Below, in pieces: positions 28,409-38,565 of a stretch of DNA of 64,000 nt. Position numbers and translations under genes: made by a program. A model generated the notes under the pieces. The model saw only the letters and a list, made by a program, of their open reading frames with translations. It did no database searches and was not told the DNA's origin. Source of the DNA: an uncultured Gemmatimonadales bacterium (GTDB lineage: Bacteria; Gemmatimonadota; Gemmatimonadetes; Gemmatimonadales; GWC2-71-9); NCBI GenBank assembly GCA_963795085.1, contig CAWCFX010000002.1, positions 256,001 through 320,000 of the forward strand. Direction: 5' to 3'. Positions within the stretch are counted from its first letter, which is position 1; each line of letters opens with the position of its first letter.

Positions 28409-30481
28409 GTGCTGCGCCTAGACACGCCCATCAAGTTCCTCAAGGGCGTAGGCGAGCGCCGCGCCGAGGCGTTCCGCCGGCTCAACATCGAAACCGCGCG
28501 GGACCTGCTCTGGCACCTGCCGCGGCGCTACCTCGACGCCTCCACGATCACCCCGCTCGCGGACGCCCGGGTGGGCGAGGAGCGCTCCTGCCTGGGCCGG
28601 GTGGTGGCGAAGCGGGTCATGCCCACCCGCCGCGGGCTTCGGATGTTCCGGGCGGTGCTCCGGGACGGGAGCGGGGTCCTGGAATGTGTCTGGCCGGGCC
28701 AGCCTTTTCTCGACCGGGTAATCCGGGAGGGCCAGCTGTTGCTGGTGACCGGCCCCATCCGGTTCTACCACGGCCGCCAGATGAGTCCCCGCGAGTTCAT
28801 CGTACTGAGCGAGGACTCGGCCGATGGCGACACTGACGATCCGGGGGCGGCGGGCCGGGTGCTGCCGATCTATCCGGCCACCGAGGGGCTGAGCCACAAG
28901 ATCATCCGGTCACTGGTCAAGCAGCACCTGGAGAGCCTGATCGCTCTCTCCCGGGATCCGGTCTCCCCCGAGCTGACCCGGGACCTGGGCCTTCCCGACC
29001 TGGCAACCGCCTTGCGCGCCGTTCACCATCCCGCCACGCTGGAAGATGCGGAGCAGGGCCGCCGGCGGCTGGCCTTCGATGAGCTGTTCGACCTGCAGGT
29101 GATGCTGGCGCGGGCCCGCGCGGTCGCGAAGCGGCATCGGAGCGGCATCGCGTTCGAGATAAAGCGGACCCTCACCACCGATCTCAAGAAGGCGCTTCCC
29201 TGGCCGCTCACCGACGACCAGAAGAAAGCGCTCCGCGAGATCACCGACGACATGACGTCCACGGAGCGGATGCACCGGCTGCTGATGGGCGATGTGGGCA
29301 CCGGCAAAACCGTGGTGGCGCTCTTCGGCATGCTGCTGGCGGTGGAGAACGATTTCCAGGCCGCGCTTATGGCCCCCACCGAGTTACTGGCGGAGCAGCA
29401 TGCCGCCACCCTCGCGAAGTTGCTGGCCCCGCTCGGCATCCTCCCCGAAGTATTACTGGGGCGGCAGACGGCGTCCGAGAAGGCGGATCGCCGGGTGCGG
29501 CTGGCGCAGGGCGGAGCCCGGCTGGTGGTGGGGACCCACGCCCTCATGCAGGAGTCCGTCACGTTCAAGCGGCTGGGGCTGGTGGTGATTGACGAGCAGC
29601 ATCGCTTCGGCGTGGAGCAGCGGGCGGCGCTGATCGGCAAGGGAGCCGCGCCGGACGTACTTCTCCTGTCGGCGACACCGATTCCCCGGTCTCTCGCGCT
29701 TACTCTTTATGGCGACCTGGACGTCTCCACGCTGCGGCAGCGCCCACCGGGCCGCCAGGAGATCACGACCACGGTGCGGGGGCCGGCCTACCGTGAGCGG
29801 GCCTTCGAGTTTGTGCGGGCTGAGTGCGCCGCGGGCCGCCAGGCGTATATCGTCTTTCCGGTCATCGAGGAGTCGGAACAGACCGATCTCCGGGCGGCGA
29901 CCACAATGGCCACCCAGCTGGCGGCGAAATGGCCGGAGCTGGCGGTGGGCCTGGTGCACGGACGGCTCAAGAACGACGAGCGGGACCGGGTCATGCGGCG
30001 GTTCCGGGCCGGCGAGATCCACGCCCTGGTCGCCACTACCGTGATCGAGGTCGGTATTGACGTGCCCAACGCGACCACGATGGTCATCGAGCACCCGGAG
30101 CGGTTCGGGCTGGCCCAGCTGCACCAGTTGCGGGGCCGGGTGGGCCGGGGGAGCGAGCTGAGTCACTGCATCCTGCTGGCGCCGGGCCGGGTCCCGCCCC
30201 GGCTCAAGGCCTTTGCCGCCACCACTGACGGGTTCAAGATTGCCGAGCTGGACCTGGCGGAGCGGGGCATGGGGGACCTGATCGGGGCCCGGCAGGCGGG
30301 CGGGTTCGAAGTCCGCCACGCCCGGCTTCCCGAGGACGCCGAGCTGCTGGAACGAGCGCGCAGCAAGGCATCGGCCGTCATCGAGGCCGATCCGGCATTG
30401 CAGCGTCCGGCTCACCAGGGGATCCGGGAGCGCGCGCTGGCCCGGTTTCCCCGCGCGGTCGAACTGTTTCGCGTCGGATAA
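28409..30481 (+). CDS. recG: ATP-dependent DNA helicase RecG
   Basis: LKGVGERR, GDVGTGKT, DEQHRFG, SATPIPR, QLHQLRGRVGRG. Start uncertain (in-frame GTG at 28409 chosen). Confidence 0.96.
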   Translation: MLRLDTPIKFLKGVGERRAEAFRRLNIETARDLLWHLPRRYLDASTITPLADARVGEERSCLGRVVAKRVMPTRRGLRMFRAVLRDGSGVLECVWPGQPFLDRVIREGQLLLVTGPIRFYHGRQMSPREFIVLSEDSADGDTDDPGAAGRVLPIYPATEGLSHKIIRSLVKQHLESLIALSRDPVSPELTRDLGLPDLATALRAVHHPATLEDAEQGRRRLAFDELFDLQVMLARARAVAKRHRSGIAFEIKRTLTTDLKKALPWPLTDDQKKALREITDDMTSTERMHRLLMGDVGTGKTVVALFGMLLAVENDFQAALMAPTELLAEQHAATLAKLLAPLGILPEVLLGRQTASEKADRRVRLAQGGARLVVGTHALMQESVTFKRLGLVVIDEQHRFGVEQRAALIGKGAAPDVLLLSATPIPRSLALTLYGDLDVSTLRQRPPGRQEITTTVRGPAYRERAFEFVRAECAAGRQAYIVFPVIEESEQTDLRAATTMATQLAAKWPELAVGLVHGRLKNDERDRVMRRFRAGEIHALVATTVIEVGIDVPNATTMVIEHPERFGLAQLHQLRGRVGRGSELSHCILLAPGRVPPRLKAFAATTDGFKIAELDLAERGMGDLIGARQAGGFEVRHARLPEDAELLERARSKASAVIEADPALQRPAHQGIRERALARFPRAVELFRVG

Positions 30482-30555
30482 GCCGGAACCTGGGCGGCCA
30501 GACGCGCGTAGGTACGGCGTCCCGGCCGTCCCACCATTCAACGAGGTCCTGACCC

Positions 30556-31644
30556 ATGATCCCCATGCGACTGGCACCGCTCGCCCTGGCCCTGGTCTCC
30601 GGGTGCGCTTCCGCGGCGGGTGGCCAGGGGGCCCCCCCTGCGATGGCGGTCCCCGCCGGGGAGCCCCAGGTGCTCTACGTCGCCAACCAGGGGGCCGCCC
30701 GCATTACCCGCATCGACATGCGGACCAACACCGTGCTGGACACGGTCAACCTCGAGCGATTGGGCTTCGCGCCCAATGCCTCGCCCCATGACATCGCGGT
30801 CGAGCCGGACGGCAGCTACTGGTACGTGTCGCTGATCGCAGAAGGCAAGGTCGTCAAGCTGGACCGGAACAACCGGGTGGTCGGCGCCGCCGCCATGGAG
30901 GTGCCGGGCATGATGCACCTGCACCCCTCCAACGGCAAACTGTATGTCACCCGCTCCAGTTCCGCGGTCAATCCGCCCACCCGCATCGGGATCATCGACC
31001 GGGCCACCATGGCCATTGACGAGCTGGACGTCTTCGTGCCCCGGCCCCACGCCATCGGCCTGGACCACCATGGCATCTTTGCCTACGTGGGCAGCCTGGG
31101 CGAGAACCGGATCGCGGTGGTGAACACCCAGACCGATGAAGTGACCCTCAGCAGCATTGACGGGCCGACCCACGCCATCGTCCAGTTTGCCATGGCCCAT
31201 GACGGGTCCTCCATGGCCGCGTCGGCGCAGCTGACCGGCCAGGTCCTGTTCTTTGACATCGGGTCCGCACCGCGCGTCTCTCTCAGCGGCGCCACCCCGG
31301 TCAACGCCCAGCCCTGGCACCCGGTGTACAGCCGTGACGGCACCCGGCTCTACGTCGGCAACTACGCGGCGAACACGGTCACCATCATGGACGCGGCCAC
31401 TCGCCAGGTCACCCGCGTCGTGAGCGGCGAAGGACTCGCCGAGCCCTACGTGGCCTACGTGTCCCCGGACGACCGCTATCTCTACGTATCCAACCGGAAC
31501 CTCAAGGGGACGTTTGTATCCCGGACCAATCCCGGCCAGCCGGTGGGCACCGTGGTCGTGATTGACACCGGCAGCGGCGCCATCGTGAAGGTCATCGAGG
31601 TGCCGGCCTCTCCGACCGGCATGTCCTCCCGGTTCGGGCATTGA
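30556..31644 (+). CDS. YncE/YVTN-type beta-propeller lipoprotein
   Basis: Lipobox VSG-C; repeated LYVAN/LYVT/LYVGN/LYVSN blades. Confidence 0.85.
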   Translation: MIPMRLAPLALALVSGCASAAGGQGAPPAMAVPAGEPQVLYVANQGAARITRIDMRTNTVLDTVNLERLGFAPNASPHDIAVEPDGSYWYVSLIAEGKVVKLDRNNRVVGAAAMEVPGMMHLHPSNGKLYVTRSSSAVNPPTRIGIIDRATMAIDELDVFVPRPHAIGLDHHGIFAYVGSLGENRIAVVNTQTDEVTLSSIDGPTHAIVQFAMAHDGSSMAASAQLTGQVLFFDIGSAPRVSLSGATPVNAQPWHPVYSRDGTRLYVGNYAANTVTIMDAATRQVTRVVSGEGLAEPYVAYVSPDDRYLYVSNRNLKGTFVSRTNPGQPVGTVVVIDTGSGAIVKVIEVPASPTGMSSRFGH

Positions 31645-33467
31645 GGCCGACGGGGCGCTTCCTCGTGATCCGCGGGTGGCTGCTGCCGGCCGGCCTGGCG
31701 CTCGTGGGCTGCGCGCCGGCCCTCTCCCAGGGGGCCCCGTCCCGAACGGGGTACCTCCGGGTCACCGACAGCATCGAAGTGTACGATTCCGCCGGAGGCC
31801 GGGTCGCGCATCCCTTTACCGGCGGCTTCAACGTCCCCCGTCCCCAGTTTGCCGACATTGACGGCGACGGCGATGCCGACCTCTTCATCCAGGAGCGCAC
31901 CGGGGAAGTCAGCTTCTTCGAGCGGACCGGCACCGGCCCGAACCCGGTGTACGCCTGGCGGACCGACCGGTACCAGGGCCTCGAAGTGGGCGAGTGGTTT
32001 CGGCTGGCGGACATTGACGGGGACGGGGATCTCGACATCCTCGCCGAGGAGCCGTTCAGCTACATCCGGGTGTACCGGAACGAAGGAACCCGCACCGCCG
32101 CGCGTTTCGCGCAAGTGCGGGACTCGCTCCGGGAGGCGGGGGGCGCGGCTCTCTTCGCGGACCGGCAGAACATTCCCAACATCACCGACCTCGACTGCAA
32201 CGGCAAGCTCGACCTCTTCCTCGGCCGGGTGACCGGGGTGGTGGACCGCTATGAGGAGGATGGCACCGACCGCCACGGCCTGCCGGCGTTCCGGCTGGTG
32301 GCGGAGCGGTTTGAGGGCATCGAGATTATCGGCGGCGGCAGCTGGCACGGCGCCAACACGCTGGCCTTCGCCGACTTTGATGCCGATGGCGACCAGGACC
32401 TCTTCTGGGGCGATTTCTTCGAGCAGGGCCTGCTGCTGATCGAGAACCGGGGGAGCTGTGCCGCGCCCAACCTGCGGAGCGAGCCGGTGCGGTTCCCGGC
32501 CCGCGACCCGGTGCTCACCAGCGGCTACAACGCGCCGGCCTTCGCCGACGTGGACGGCGACGGCGACCTGGACCTGCTGGTGGGCGTCATCGGCGGCGCG
32601 TTTCTGCCGGCGCGGACGGCGGTGGACAACCTGTTCTTCCTGGAGCAGGCCGGCCCCCTCGACTTCCAGGTTCGGTCCCGCCAATTCCTGACGACGGTGG
32701 ACGTGGGCAGCGAGAGCGCTCCCGTGCTGGCCGACCTCGACGGCGACGGCGACCTCGACCTGCTGCTCGCCAACAAGCTCGACCCCGCCGACCTGGAGAC
32801 CTCGCGGGTGCATCACTTCGAGAACACCGGCTCGTCCAGCCGGCCGGTGTTCCAGCACCGGGGCCGGCTCGATTTCCGCGGCAACTTTCATTTCAGCCCC
32901 ACATTGGGAGACCTGGACGGCGACGGCGACCTCGACCTCCTGCTGGGCACCTGGCAGGACCAGGTGCGCTTCTACCGGAACGAGGGCACCCGGCAGGCGC
33001 CGCGCTTCGTGCTGGTGGATTCCGCGATGGTGAAGATCCCCCGGGGCAGCAACACTACCCCGGCGTTGGGAGACCTGGACGGCGACGGCGACCTCGACCT
33101 GCTGATCGGGGAAGGCTCCGGGACCCTCAATTATTACCGCAACACCGGCACCCGCTCGGCGCCGGTCTTCGAACTGGTGAGCGAAGAGTGGAACGGGATT
33201 GATCCCGGCCGGCGGAGCGCGCCCTGCCTGGCGGACCTGGACGGCGACGGCGACCTGGACCTGCTGGTAGGGTCGGAGTCCGAAGGCATCCGCCTCTACC
33301 GCAACACCGGGTCCCGCACCCAGCCCGTGTTCACCCACGATCCTACGATGGTTTTGCCGGTGCATGCCTACGCCACCCCCGCCGCCGGCGACCTCGACGG
33401 CGATGGCGTCCCCGAGATCCTGGCCGGCGGGGTCGGCGGAGGTGTGCTCTACTTCACCCGGCGGTAG
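31641..33467 (+). CDS. FG-GAP/VCBS repeat beta-propeller protein
   Basis: About 10 DxDGDGDxD calcium-blade motifs. Possible lipobox LVG-C. Start uncertain. Confidence 0.88.
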   Translation: MRPTGRFLVIRGWLLPAGLALVGCAPALSQGAPSRTGYLRVTDSIEVYDSAGGRVAHPFTGGFNVPRPQFADIDGDGDADLFIQERTGEVSFFERTGTGPNPVYAWRTDRYQGLEVGEWFRLADIDGDGDLDILAEEPFSYIRVYRNEGTRTAARFAQVRDSLREAGGAALFADRQNIPNITDLDCNGKLDLFLGRVTGVVDRYEEDGTDRHGLPAFRLVAERFEGIEIIGGGSWHGANTLAFADFDADGDQDLFWGDFFEQGLLLIENRGSCAAPNLRSEPVRFPARDPVLTSGYNAPAFADVDGDGDLDLLVGVIGGAFLPARTAVDNLFFLEQAGPLDFQVRSRQFLTTVDVGSESAPVLADLDGDGDLDLLLANKLDPADLETSRVHHFENTGSSSRPVFQHRGRLDFRGNFHFSPTLGDLDGDGDLDLLLGTWQDQVRFYRNEGTRQAPRFVLVDSAMVKIPRGSNTTPALGDLDGDGDLDLLIGEGSGTLNYYRNTGTRSAPVFELVSEEWNGIDPGRRSAPCLADLDGDGDLDLLVGSESEGIRLYRNTGSRTQPVFTHDPTMVLPVHAYATPAAGDLDGDGVPEILAGGVGGGVLYFTRR

Positions 33468-33519
33468 CCTCCTGACTCCCCACCCGCCCGCGCCTCGGAT
33501 TCCCAAGGAGAGCACGCCC

Positions 33520-36003
33520 ATGGTCCGCCGTTTCCTCATCCTGCCGGCCGCCCTGTCCCTCGCCGCCTGTACGCCCTCCCGGCCGGCGCCGGCCGCGGCC
33601 CCAGAACCCGCCGTCCGCGCCGCCCAGGTGCGGCCGGACACCACCGGGCGGATGCGGCGCTACGCCGACGTGATCACCGCGCGGGCCCGGACGGACAGCG
33701 GGTTGTTTCACGTCCACCTGGTCGGCGAGCGGCTGTACTACGAGATCCCCGATAGCCTCCTGGGCCGGGAGATGCTGCTGATGACCAGCATCGCCGGCGC
33801 GCCGAGCGGGTTGTCGGGATTCCTGACCGCGGGGAGCGTGATCGGCAAGCAGGTGCTCCGCTGGGAGCGGCGGGAGGACCGCATCGTGCTGCGCAAGCTG
33901 AGCTACGACAACGTCGCCAGCGACTCGCTCCCGGTCAGCCGGTCGGTGCGCAGCAACAACTTCGAGCCGATTCTCCAGGTGTTTGATATCAAGGCGGAGA
34001 ACCTGGATTCCTCCGCGGTGGTCATCGAGGTGACCGACTTCTTCAAGGAGGACGTCCCCGCCATCAGCGGCCTCACCAACGCGCAGCGGACCTCCTTCCG
34101 GGTTCGCCGGCTGGACCCCCGGCGGAGCCTGATTGACTACGCCCGCAGCTATCCCATGAATGTCGAGGTACGGCACACCCAGTCGTTCGATGCCGCGGAG
34201 CCGCCGTCCGACGCGGAGACGGCCACCATCAGCCTCCAGCTGCACCAGTCCATGGTCCTGCTGCCGCAGACCCCGATGCGGGTCCGCTTCGCCGACCACC
34301 GGGTCGGCTACCTCACCATCGAGCAGGTCAACTTCGGCCTGGATGAACAGAAGGCCGCCACCCGCAGCTTCATCCAGCGCTGGCGGCTGGAGCCCGCCGA
34401 CTCGGCGGCCTACGCCCGCGGCGAACTGGTGGAGCCGGTCACGCCGATCGTGTATTACCTCGACCCCGCGACTCCGGCCCAGTACCGGCCCTATGTCCGG
34501 CAGGGGATCGAGGACTGGCAGGGGGCCTTCGAGGCCGCCGGGTTCCGGAACGCCATCCTGGCGCGGGATCCGCCCACCGCCGCGGAAGATCCCGAGTGGA
34601 GCCCCGAGGACGTGCGCTACTCCACCGTGCGGTGGACCGCCAACCTGACCAGGAACGCGATGGGCCCCCGGGTAGCCGACCCTCGATCCGGCGAGATCAT
34701 TGACAGCGACATCATCTGGTACCACAACCACCTCCGCAGCTATCGCAACCGGCTCCTCCTGGAGACCGCCGCGGCCAATCCGGCGGCCCGCACGCTCCGG
34801 ATGCCGGACACCCTGCTAGGCGAGGCAATCCGCGCCGTCATTGCTCACGAGATCGGCCACGCCCTCGGCCTTCCCCACAACATGATCGCCAGCTCGGCCT
34901 ACCCGGTGGACTCTCTTCGCTCGGCGGCCTTCACCCAGCGGATGGGGCTGACGCCTACCATCATGGATTACGCCCGGCAGAACTACGTGGCCCAGCCGGG
35001 CGACAGCGGCGTGCGGTTCATCCGCACCATGGGTCCTTACGATCGGTACGTCATCAACTGGGGATACCGGGTGATCCCCGGCGCCACTCCTGAGTCGGAG
35101 CAGGCAGTACTGGACCGCTGGATCCTGGAGCATGCGGGAGACCCGGCCTATCGCTATGGCGTCCAGCGGGGCGGCCTGGCCGTGGATCCCCGGAACCAGA
35201 TGGAAGACCTGGGCGACGATCCGGTGCGGGCCAGCCGTTACGGGATCGCCAACCTCAAGCGGGTTCTCCCCAGCCTGCCGGCCTGGACCGCCACGGCTGG
35301 GGAAGGGTACGAGGACCTCGCCGAGCTGTATGGCGAGTTGCTGGGAATGTGGAGCACCTACACTGGGCACGTGGTGAGCCTGGTGGGCGGCGTGGAAGAG
35401 ACGCTCAAGGCCACGGAGGAAGCCGGCCCGGTCTTCGTGGCGGTGGATGCCGCGCGACAGCGCGCGGGGCTCAACTTCCTCGTGGAGGAGGTCTTTCGGA
35501 CGCCGAGCTGGCTGCTGGAGCCCGATGTCCTCCGCCGGATCGAGCATGCCGGCGGGGTGGACCGGCTCCGCGCCCTGCAGGCCGGCCGGCTGAACCAGTT
35601 GCTGGACCCGGGGCGCCTCCAGCGCCTGGTGGAGCAGGAGGCGATTGACGGAAGTCGCTACACCCTGGGGGTGTTTCTGGATCAGCTGAAGGAGGGCATC
35701 TGGTCGGAACTGGCGGGCGGCGGCGCGATTGATATCTACCGGCGAAATCTCCAGCGCGCCTGGGTGGAGCGGCTCCAGTACCTGCTGGAGGAGGAGCCGC
35801 CGGCGCCCACTCCGGGGAGCTCCGCGTGGCGGACCGCAGTGGACGTGAGCCAGTCGGACATCCGCGCGGCCGCACGGGCCCAGCTTCTCGAGGTCCGGAG
35901 TGCGGCGTCCCGGTGGCTGGCCCGGGGCAGTGATGCCGCGACCCGGATGCACCTGCGTGACATCATCGCCCGGATTGATGCGATGATGGATCCGGCGCGG
36001 TAG
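33520..36003 (+). CDS. Zinc metalloprotease lipoprotein (metzincin, DUF4953/DUF5117-type)
   Basis: Lipobox LAA-C, DPRSGEII, HEIGHALGLPH, Met-turn TIMDY. AAGGAG RBS. Confidence 0.88.
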   Translation: MVRRFLILPAALSLAACTPSRPAPAAAPEPAVRAAQVRPDTTGRMRRYADVITARARTDSGLFHVHLVGERLYYEIPDSLLGREMLLMTSIAGAPSGLSGFLTAGSVIGKQVLRWERREDRIVLRKLSYDNVASDSLPVSRSVRSNNFEPILQVFDIKAENLDSSAVVIEVTDFFKEDVPAISGLTNAQRTSFRVRRLDPRRSLIDYARSYPMNVEVRHTQSFDAAEPPSDAETATISLQLHQSMVLLPQTPMRVRFADHRVGYLTIEQVNFGLDEQKAATRSFIQRWRLEPADSAAYARGELVEPVTPIVYYLDPATPAQYRPYVRQGIEDWQGAFEAAGFRNAILARDPPTAAEDPEWSPEDVRYSTVRWTANLTRNAMGPRVADPRSGEIIDSDIIWYHNHLRSYRNRLLLETAAANPAARTLRMPDTLLGEAIRAVIAHEIGHALGLPHNMIASSAYPVDSLRSAAFTQRMGLTPTIMDYARQNYVAQPGDSGVRFIRTMGPYDRYVINWGYRVIPGATPESEQAVLDRWILEHAGDPAYRYGVQRGGLAVDPRNQMEDLGDDPVRASRYGIANLKRVLPSLPAWTATAGEGYEDLAELYGELLGMWSTYTGHVVSLVGGVEETLKATEEAGPVFVAVDAARQRAGLNFLVEEVFRTPSWLLEPDVLRRIEHAGGVDRLRALQAGRLNQLLDPGRLQRLVEQEAIDGSRYTLGVFLDQLKEGIWSELAGGGAIDIYRRNLQRAWVERLQYLLEEEPPAPTPGSSAWRTAVDVSQSDIRAAARAQLLEVRSAASRWLARGSDAATRMHLRDIIARIDAMMDPAR

Positions 36004-36078
36004 CGCGGGGCACCGGCGGCCCGCGATCGCCAACGGCCGATGGAGTACACGCAGCGGCTGGGAGCCAAGAGGCTCGAC

Positions 36079-36250
36079 ATGGCGGCACCCATCAAAGACT
36101 ACCAAGGGAGCGGGAACGTCTTCGCGGGTGTCGGGCTGCCAAACCCCGAGAAGCGGTTGGCCCTAGGCCATACTGACAACCGAGATTGTCCAGCGGCGGG
36201 GCCTCAGCTCGGCCCAAGGCAAAAATAGCCCGGTGGGCACATTGCCGGCA
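36079..36250 (+). pseudogene. Frameshifted remnant of an XRE/HigA-like antitoxin
   Basis: GSGNVFAGVGLPNPEKRLA, then the +1 frame reads *AILTTEIVQRRGLSSAQ. Confidence 0.6.
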
Positions 36251-36326
36251 GATTCCCACAATCCTGAAGCCTCCCCTCCGTGTGCCAACAGCCTTGGTCC
36301 ACCGGCCAACCGCCCCCAGTGTGCGG

Positions 36327-36353
36327 TGTCGATTTCACCTCTCGCTATTCGAC
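36327..36353 (+). promoter_or_regulatory. ECF-sigma (ECF42-like) promoter
   Basis: TGTCGA-N17-CGAC upstream of the DHFR-family gene. Confidence 0.5.
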
Positions 36354-36417
36354 GTGGTTACAGGGCCTCGCAAATCGGCCCGAAACATTGAACGGGGGCA
36401 ATACCCAAGGAGCAGTG

Positions 36418-37056
36418 ATGCGCCTGAGAATGGGAATTTCAATGTCGCTCGATGGATTCGTCGCCGGCCCCAATCAGTCCGTCGCCAACCCCCTCGGCCA
36501 AGGTGGAGAGGCGCTGCACGACTGGGTCGTGGCGCTCGAGGCCTGGCGCTTGCGGCACCAACTGAAGGGCGGGGACGTGAATCCCAGCAATGCCGTCCTG
36601 CGGGAGTCGCTCGCTAACATCGGCGCAACCATCATGGGTCGCAGGATGTTCGGCGGACATCCCGGTGGCTGGGACCTCAAGAAACCGTGGCAGGGCTGGT
36701 GGGGTGATGATCCACCGTTCCATCACCCGGTATTCGTGCTTACCCACCATCCCCGCCCCAGGCTCGCGCTCACGGGCGGAAACAGCTTCACCTTTGTCAC
36801 CGATGGGATCGAGTCGGCGTTGCGCCAGGCGGGCGAGGCGGCGGGCGGGAAGGACGTCGCGCTGGCCGGCGGGGCCCAGGCCTGCCAGGAATACCTTCGC
36901 GCGGGGCTGGTGGACGTAATGGAGATTCACCTGGTGCCGATCCTGCTCGGCGGCGGCGAGCGACTGTTCGAAGGGGTGAGCGATCTCCATGGACTCAGGC
37001 CGGTACGCACCGTCGCGGCCCGGGAGGTCACCCACCTGAAATTTGAGAGGAGCTAG
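36418..37056 (+). CDS. Dihydrofolate reductase / RibD C-terminal family protein
   Basis: SMSLDGFVAGP, IMGRRMF, PVFVLTH, LAGGA, PILLGGGERLF. AAGGAG RBS. Confidence 0.9.
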   Translation: MRLRMGISMSLDGFVAGPNQSVANPLGQGGEALHDWVVALEAWRLRHQLKGGDVNPSNAVLRESLANIGATIMGRRMFGGHPGGWDLKKPWQGWWGDDPPFHHPVFVLTHHPRPRLALTGGNSFTFVTDGIESALRQAGEAAGGKDVALAGGAQACQEYLRAGLVDVMEIHLVPILLGGGERLFEGVSDLHGLRPVRTVAAREVTHLKFERS

Positions 37057-37062
37057 CCAGGT

Positions 37063-37998
37063 ATGACCACCATCGTGAGACACACCATTCTCGTGGCACT
37101 GGCCGCCGCGTCTGCGGCGTGCGGCAGAGAGGCCGGGCGCCCGGTAGTGTCCGCCGATTCGGCCCGGCAACCGCAGGGTCACCGGGTCGACATCCATGGA
37201 ATGCAGATGTACTATGAAATCTCCGGCGCCGGCGAACCCCTGATCGTGCTGCACGGCGCCTACATGAACATTCCCAGCATGGGCGCGATCATCCCAGCGC
37301 TGGCGAAAACCCACCGGGTGTACGCGCTGGAACTGCAGGGACACGGCCGAACCACCGACCGCGACCGGCCCATCACCTACGCCGGGATGGCGGATGATGT
37401 GGCCGCATTCATGGACAGGGTTGGCCTCGCAAAGGCCGATGTGTTCGGCTATTCCATGGGCGGGCAAGCCGGGCTGCAGCTCGCCATCCGCCATCCGGCG
37501 AAGGTGAACAAGCTCGTCCTGGCATCGGTGGCCTACGACCTGGGGGGCTGGCAGCCGGTGTACACCGCCGTCATCCCGCAGATGACCGTCGAAATGATTG
37601 TCAGCATGCCGTTCGCGGAGGACTATCGCCGGCTCGCGCCCAATCCGGACGGCTTCCCCGCGCTGGTGGAAAAGCTGATCGCGCTCGAGAAAGAGCCCAT
37701 GGCCTGGTCGGCGGACGTCAAGGCCATCACCAGCCCCGTGCTCATCATCGCCGGCGACGCCGACGTGATGACTCTCGAACATTCGGTGGCGCTGTTCCGG
37801 CTCCTGGGTGGCGGTGCCATGGGCGACATGGGCACCCCGCTCTCTGCGTCCCGGCTGGCCATCATGCCCGCGACGTCCCACACCGCGGTGATCACCCAGA
37901 CCGGCCTGCTTCACGCCTTCATCGAGCCGTTTCTCAGCGGAGAGACACCGAAAGGAATGTTCGAGCAGGGTGATTCGGCCAATCAGTCGGCCCGGTAG
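37063..37998 (+). CDS. Alpha/beta hydrolase (lipoprotein)
   Basis: Lipobox SAA-C, LHG, QGHGRT, nucleophile motif GYSMGG. Confidence 0.9.
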   Translation: MTTIVRHTILVALAAASAACGREAGRPVVSADSARQPQGHRVDIHGMQMYYEISGAGEPLIVLHGAYMNIPSMGAIIPALAKTHRVYALELQGHGRTTDRDRPITYAGMADDVAAFMDRVGLAKADVFGYSMGGQAGLQLAIRHPAKVNKLVLASVAYDLGGWQPVYTAVIPQMTVEMIVSMPFAEDYRRLAPNPDGFPALVEKLIALEKEPMAWSADVKAITSPVLIIAGDADVMTLEHSVALFRLLGGGAMGDMGTPLSASRLAIMPATSHTAVITQTGLLHAFIEPFLSGETPKGMFEQGDSANQSAR

Positions 37999-38059
37999 TA
38001 AGCCCGTCACACCTCCAGCATCGCCAAGCCCCGCTGCTGGCCTCACCCCCTGACGCCCG

Positions 38060-38551
38060 CTAGAACGTGCGTTCGTCGGCGGAGGGCCCGTAGGTCGCCG
38101 GCACCGGGACATCGAGGAGCCGCAGGTACACGGTGAGCTGGGCCCGGTGATGGATCAGGTGGTTCAGGTGGTTCCGCACCACCACGGTGCGCGGCGCGCT
38201 CCACAGCGTCTGGCTGGCGTGGGTGAGCGACCAGGTCTCCGCCCAGGCGCCCGCCGGCGTCTCCTCCAGCGCCGTCCGCGCTGCGGCGACGTTCCGGTCG
38301 AACCCGGCCAGCAGGGACTCGGTGGTCTCGTAGGAGTAGCTCCCCGCCCGGCCCAGGTCCAGCACAGGGTCTCGCAGGGTGGTGCCGATCCAGCCGGGCA
38401 TCCAGGACACCAGTTGCGCGAGGTGGCCCAGAGAAAATGACTTCGGGTGCGGCTTCCAGGTGCCCTGGTCGGTCGGAACCCGTTCCAGCACCCGGCGGGT
38501 GATGGCCATCTCCTGGTCGAACTCGGGGATCAGCGCCGGTCCCGGCTGCAT
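38060..38551 (-). CDS. DinB/YfiT-family protein
   Basis: WKPHPKSFSLGHLA, HLIHHRAQLTVYLRLLDVPVPATYGPSADE. GGAGG RBS. Confidence 0.9.
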   Translation of the reverse strand: MQPGPALIPEFDQEMAITRRVLERVPTDQGTWKPHPKSFSLGHLAQLVSWMPGWIGTTLRDPVLDLGRAGSYSYETTESLLAGFDRNVAAARTALEETPAGAWAETWSLTHASQTLWSAPRTVVVRNHLNHLIHHRAQLTVYLRLLDVPVPATYGPSADERTF

Positions 38552-38565
38552 TGGTCCTCCATGAC

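Noticed and set aside
28362..28421. ATG overlapping the ftsY stop as recG start or leader peptide
   Set aside because: It is out of frame with recG and closes after 19 codons; no support for function.
32540..33410. Recurring GACCTGGACGGCGACGGCGACCT DNA repeats
   Set aside because: They are coding repeats of the DxDGDGDxD blades, not a separate element.
36234..36250. Sigma54-like GG-N10-GC
   Set aside because: It lacks the TTGC -12 element and is expected by chance in GC-rich DNA.
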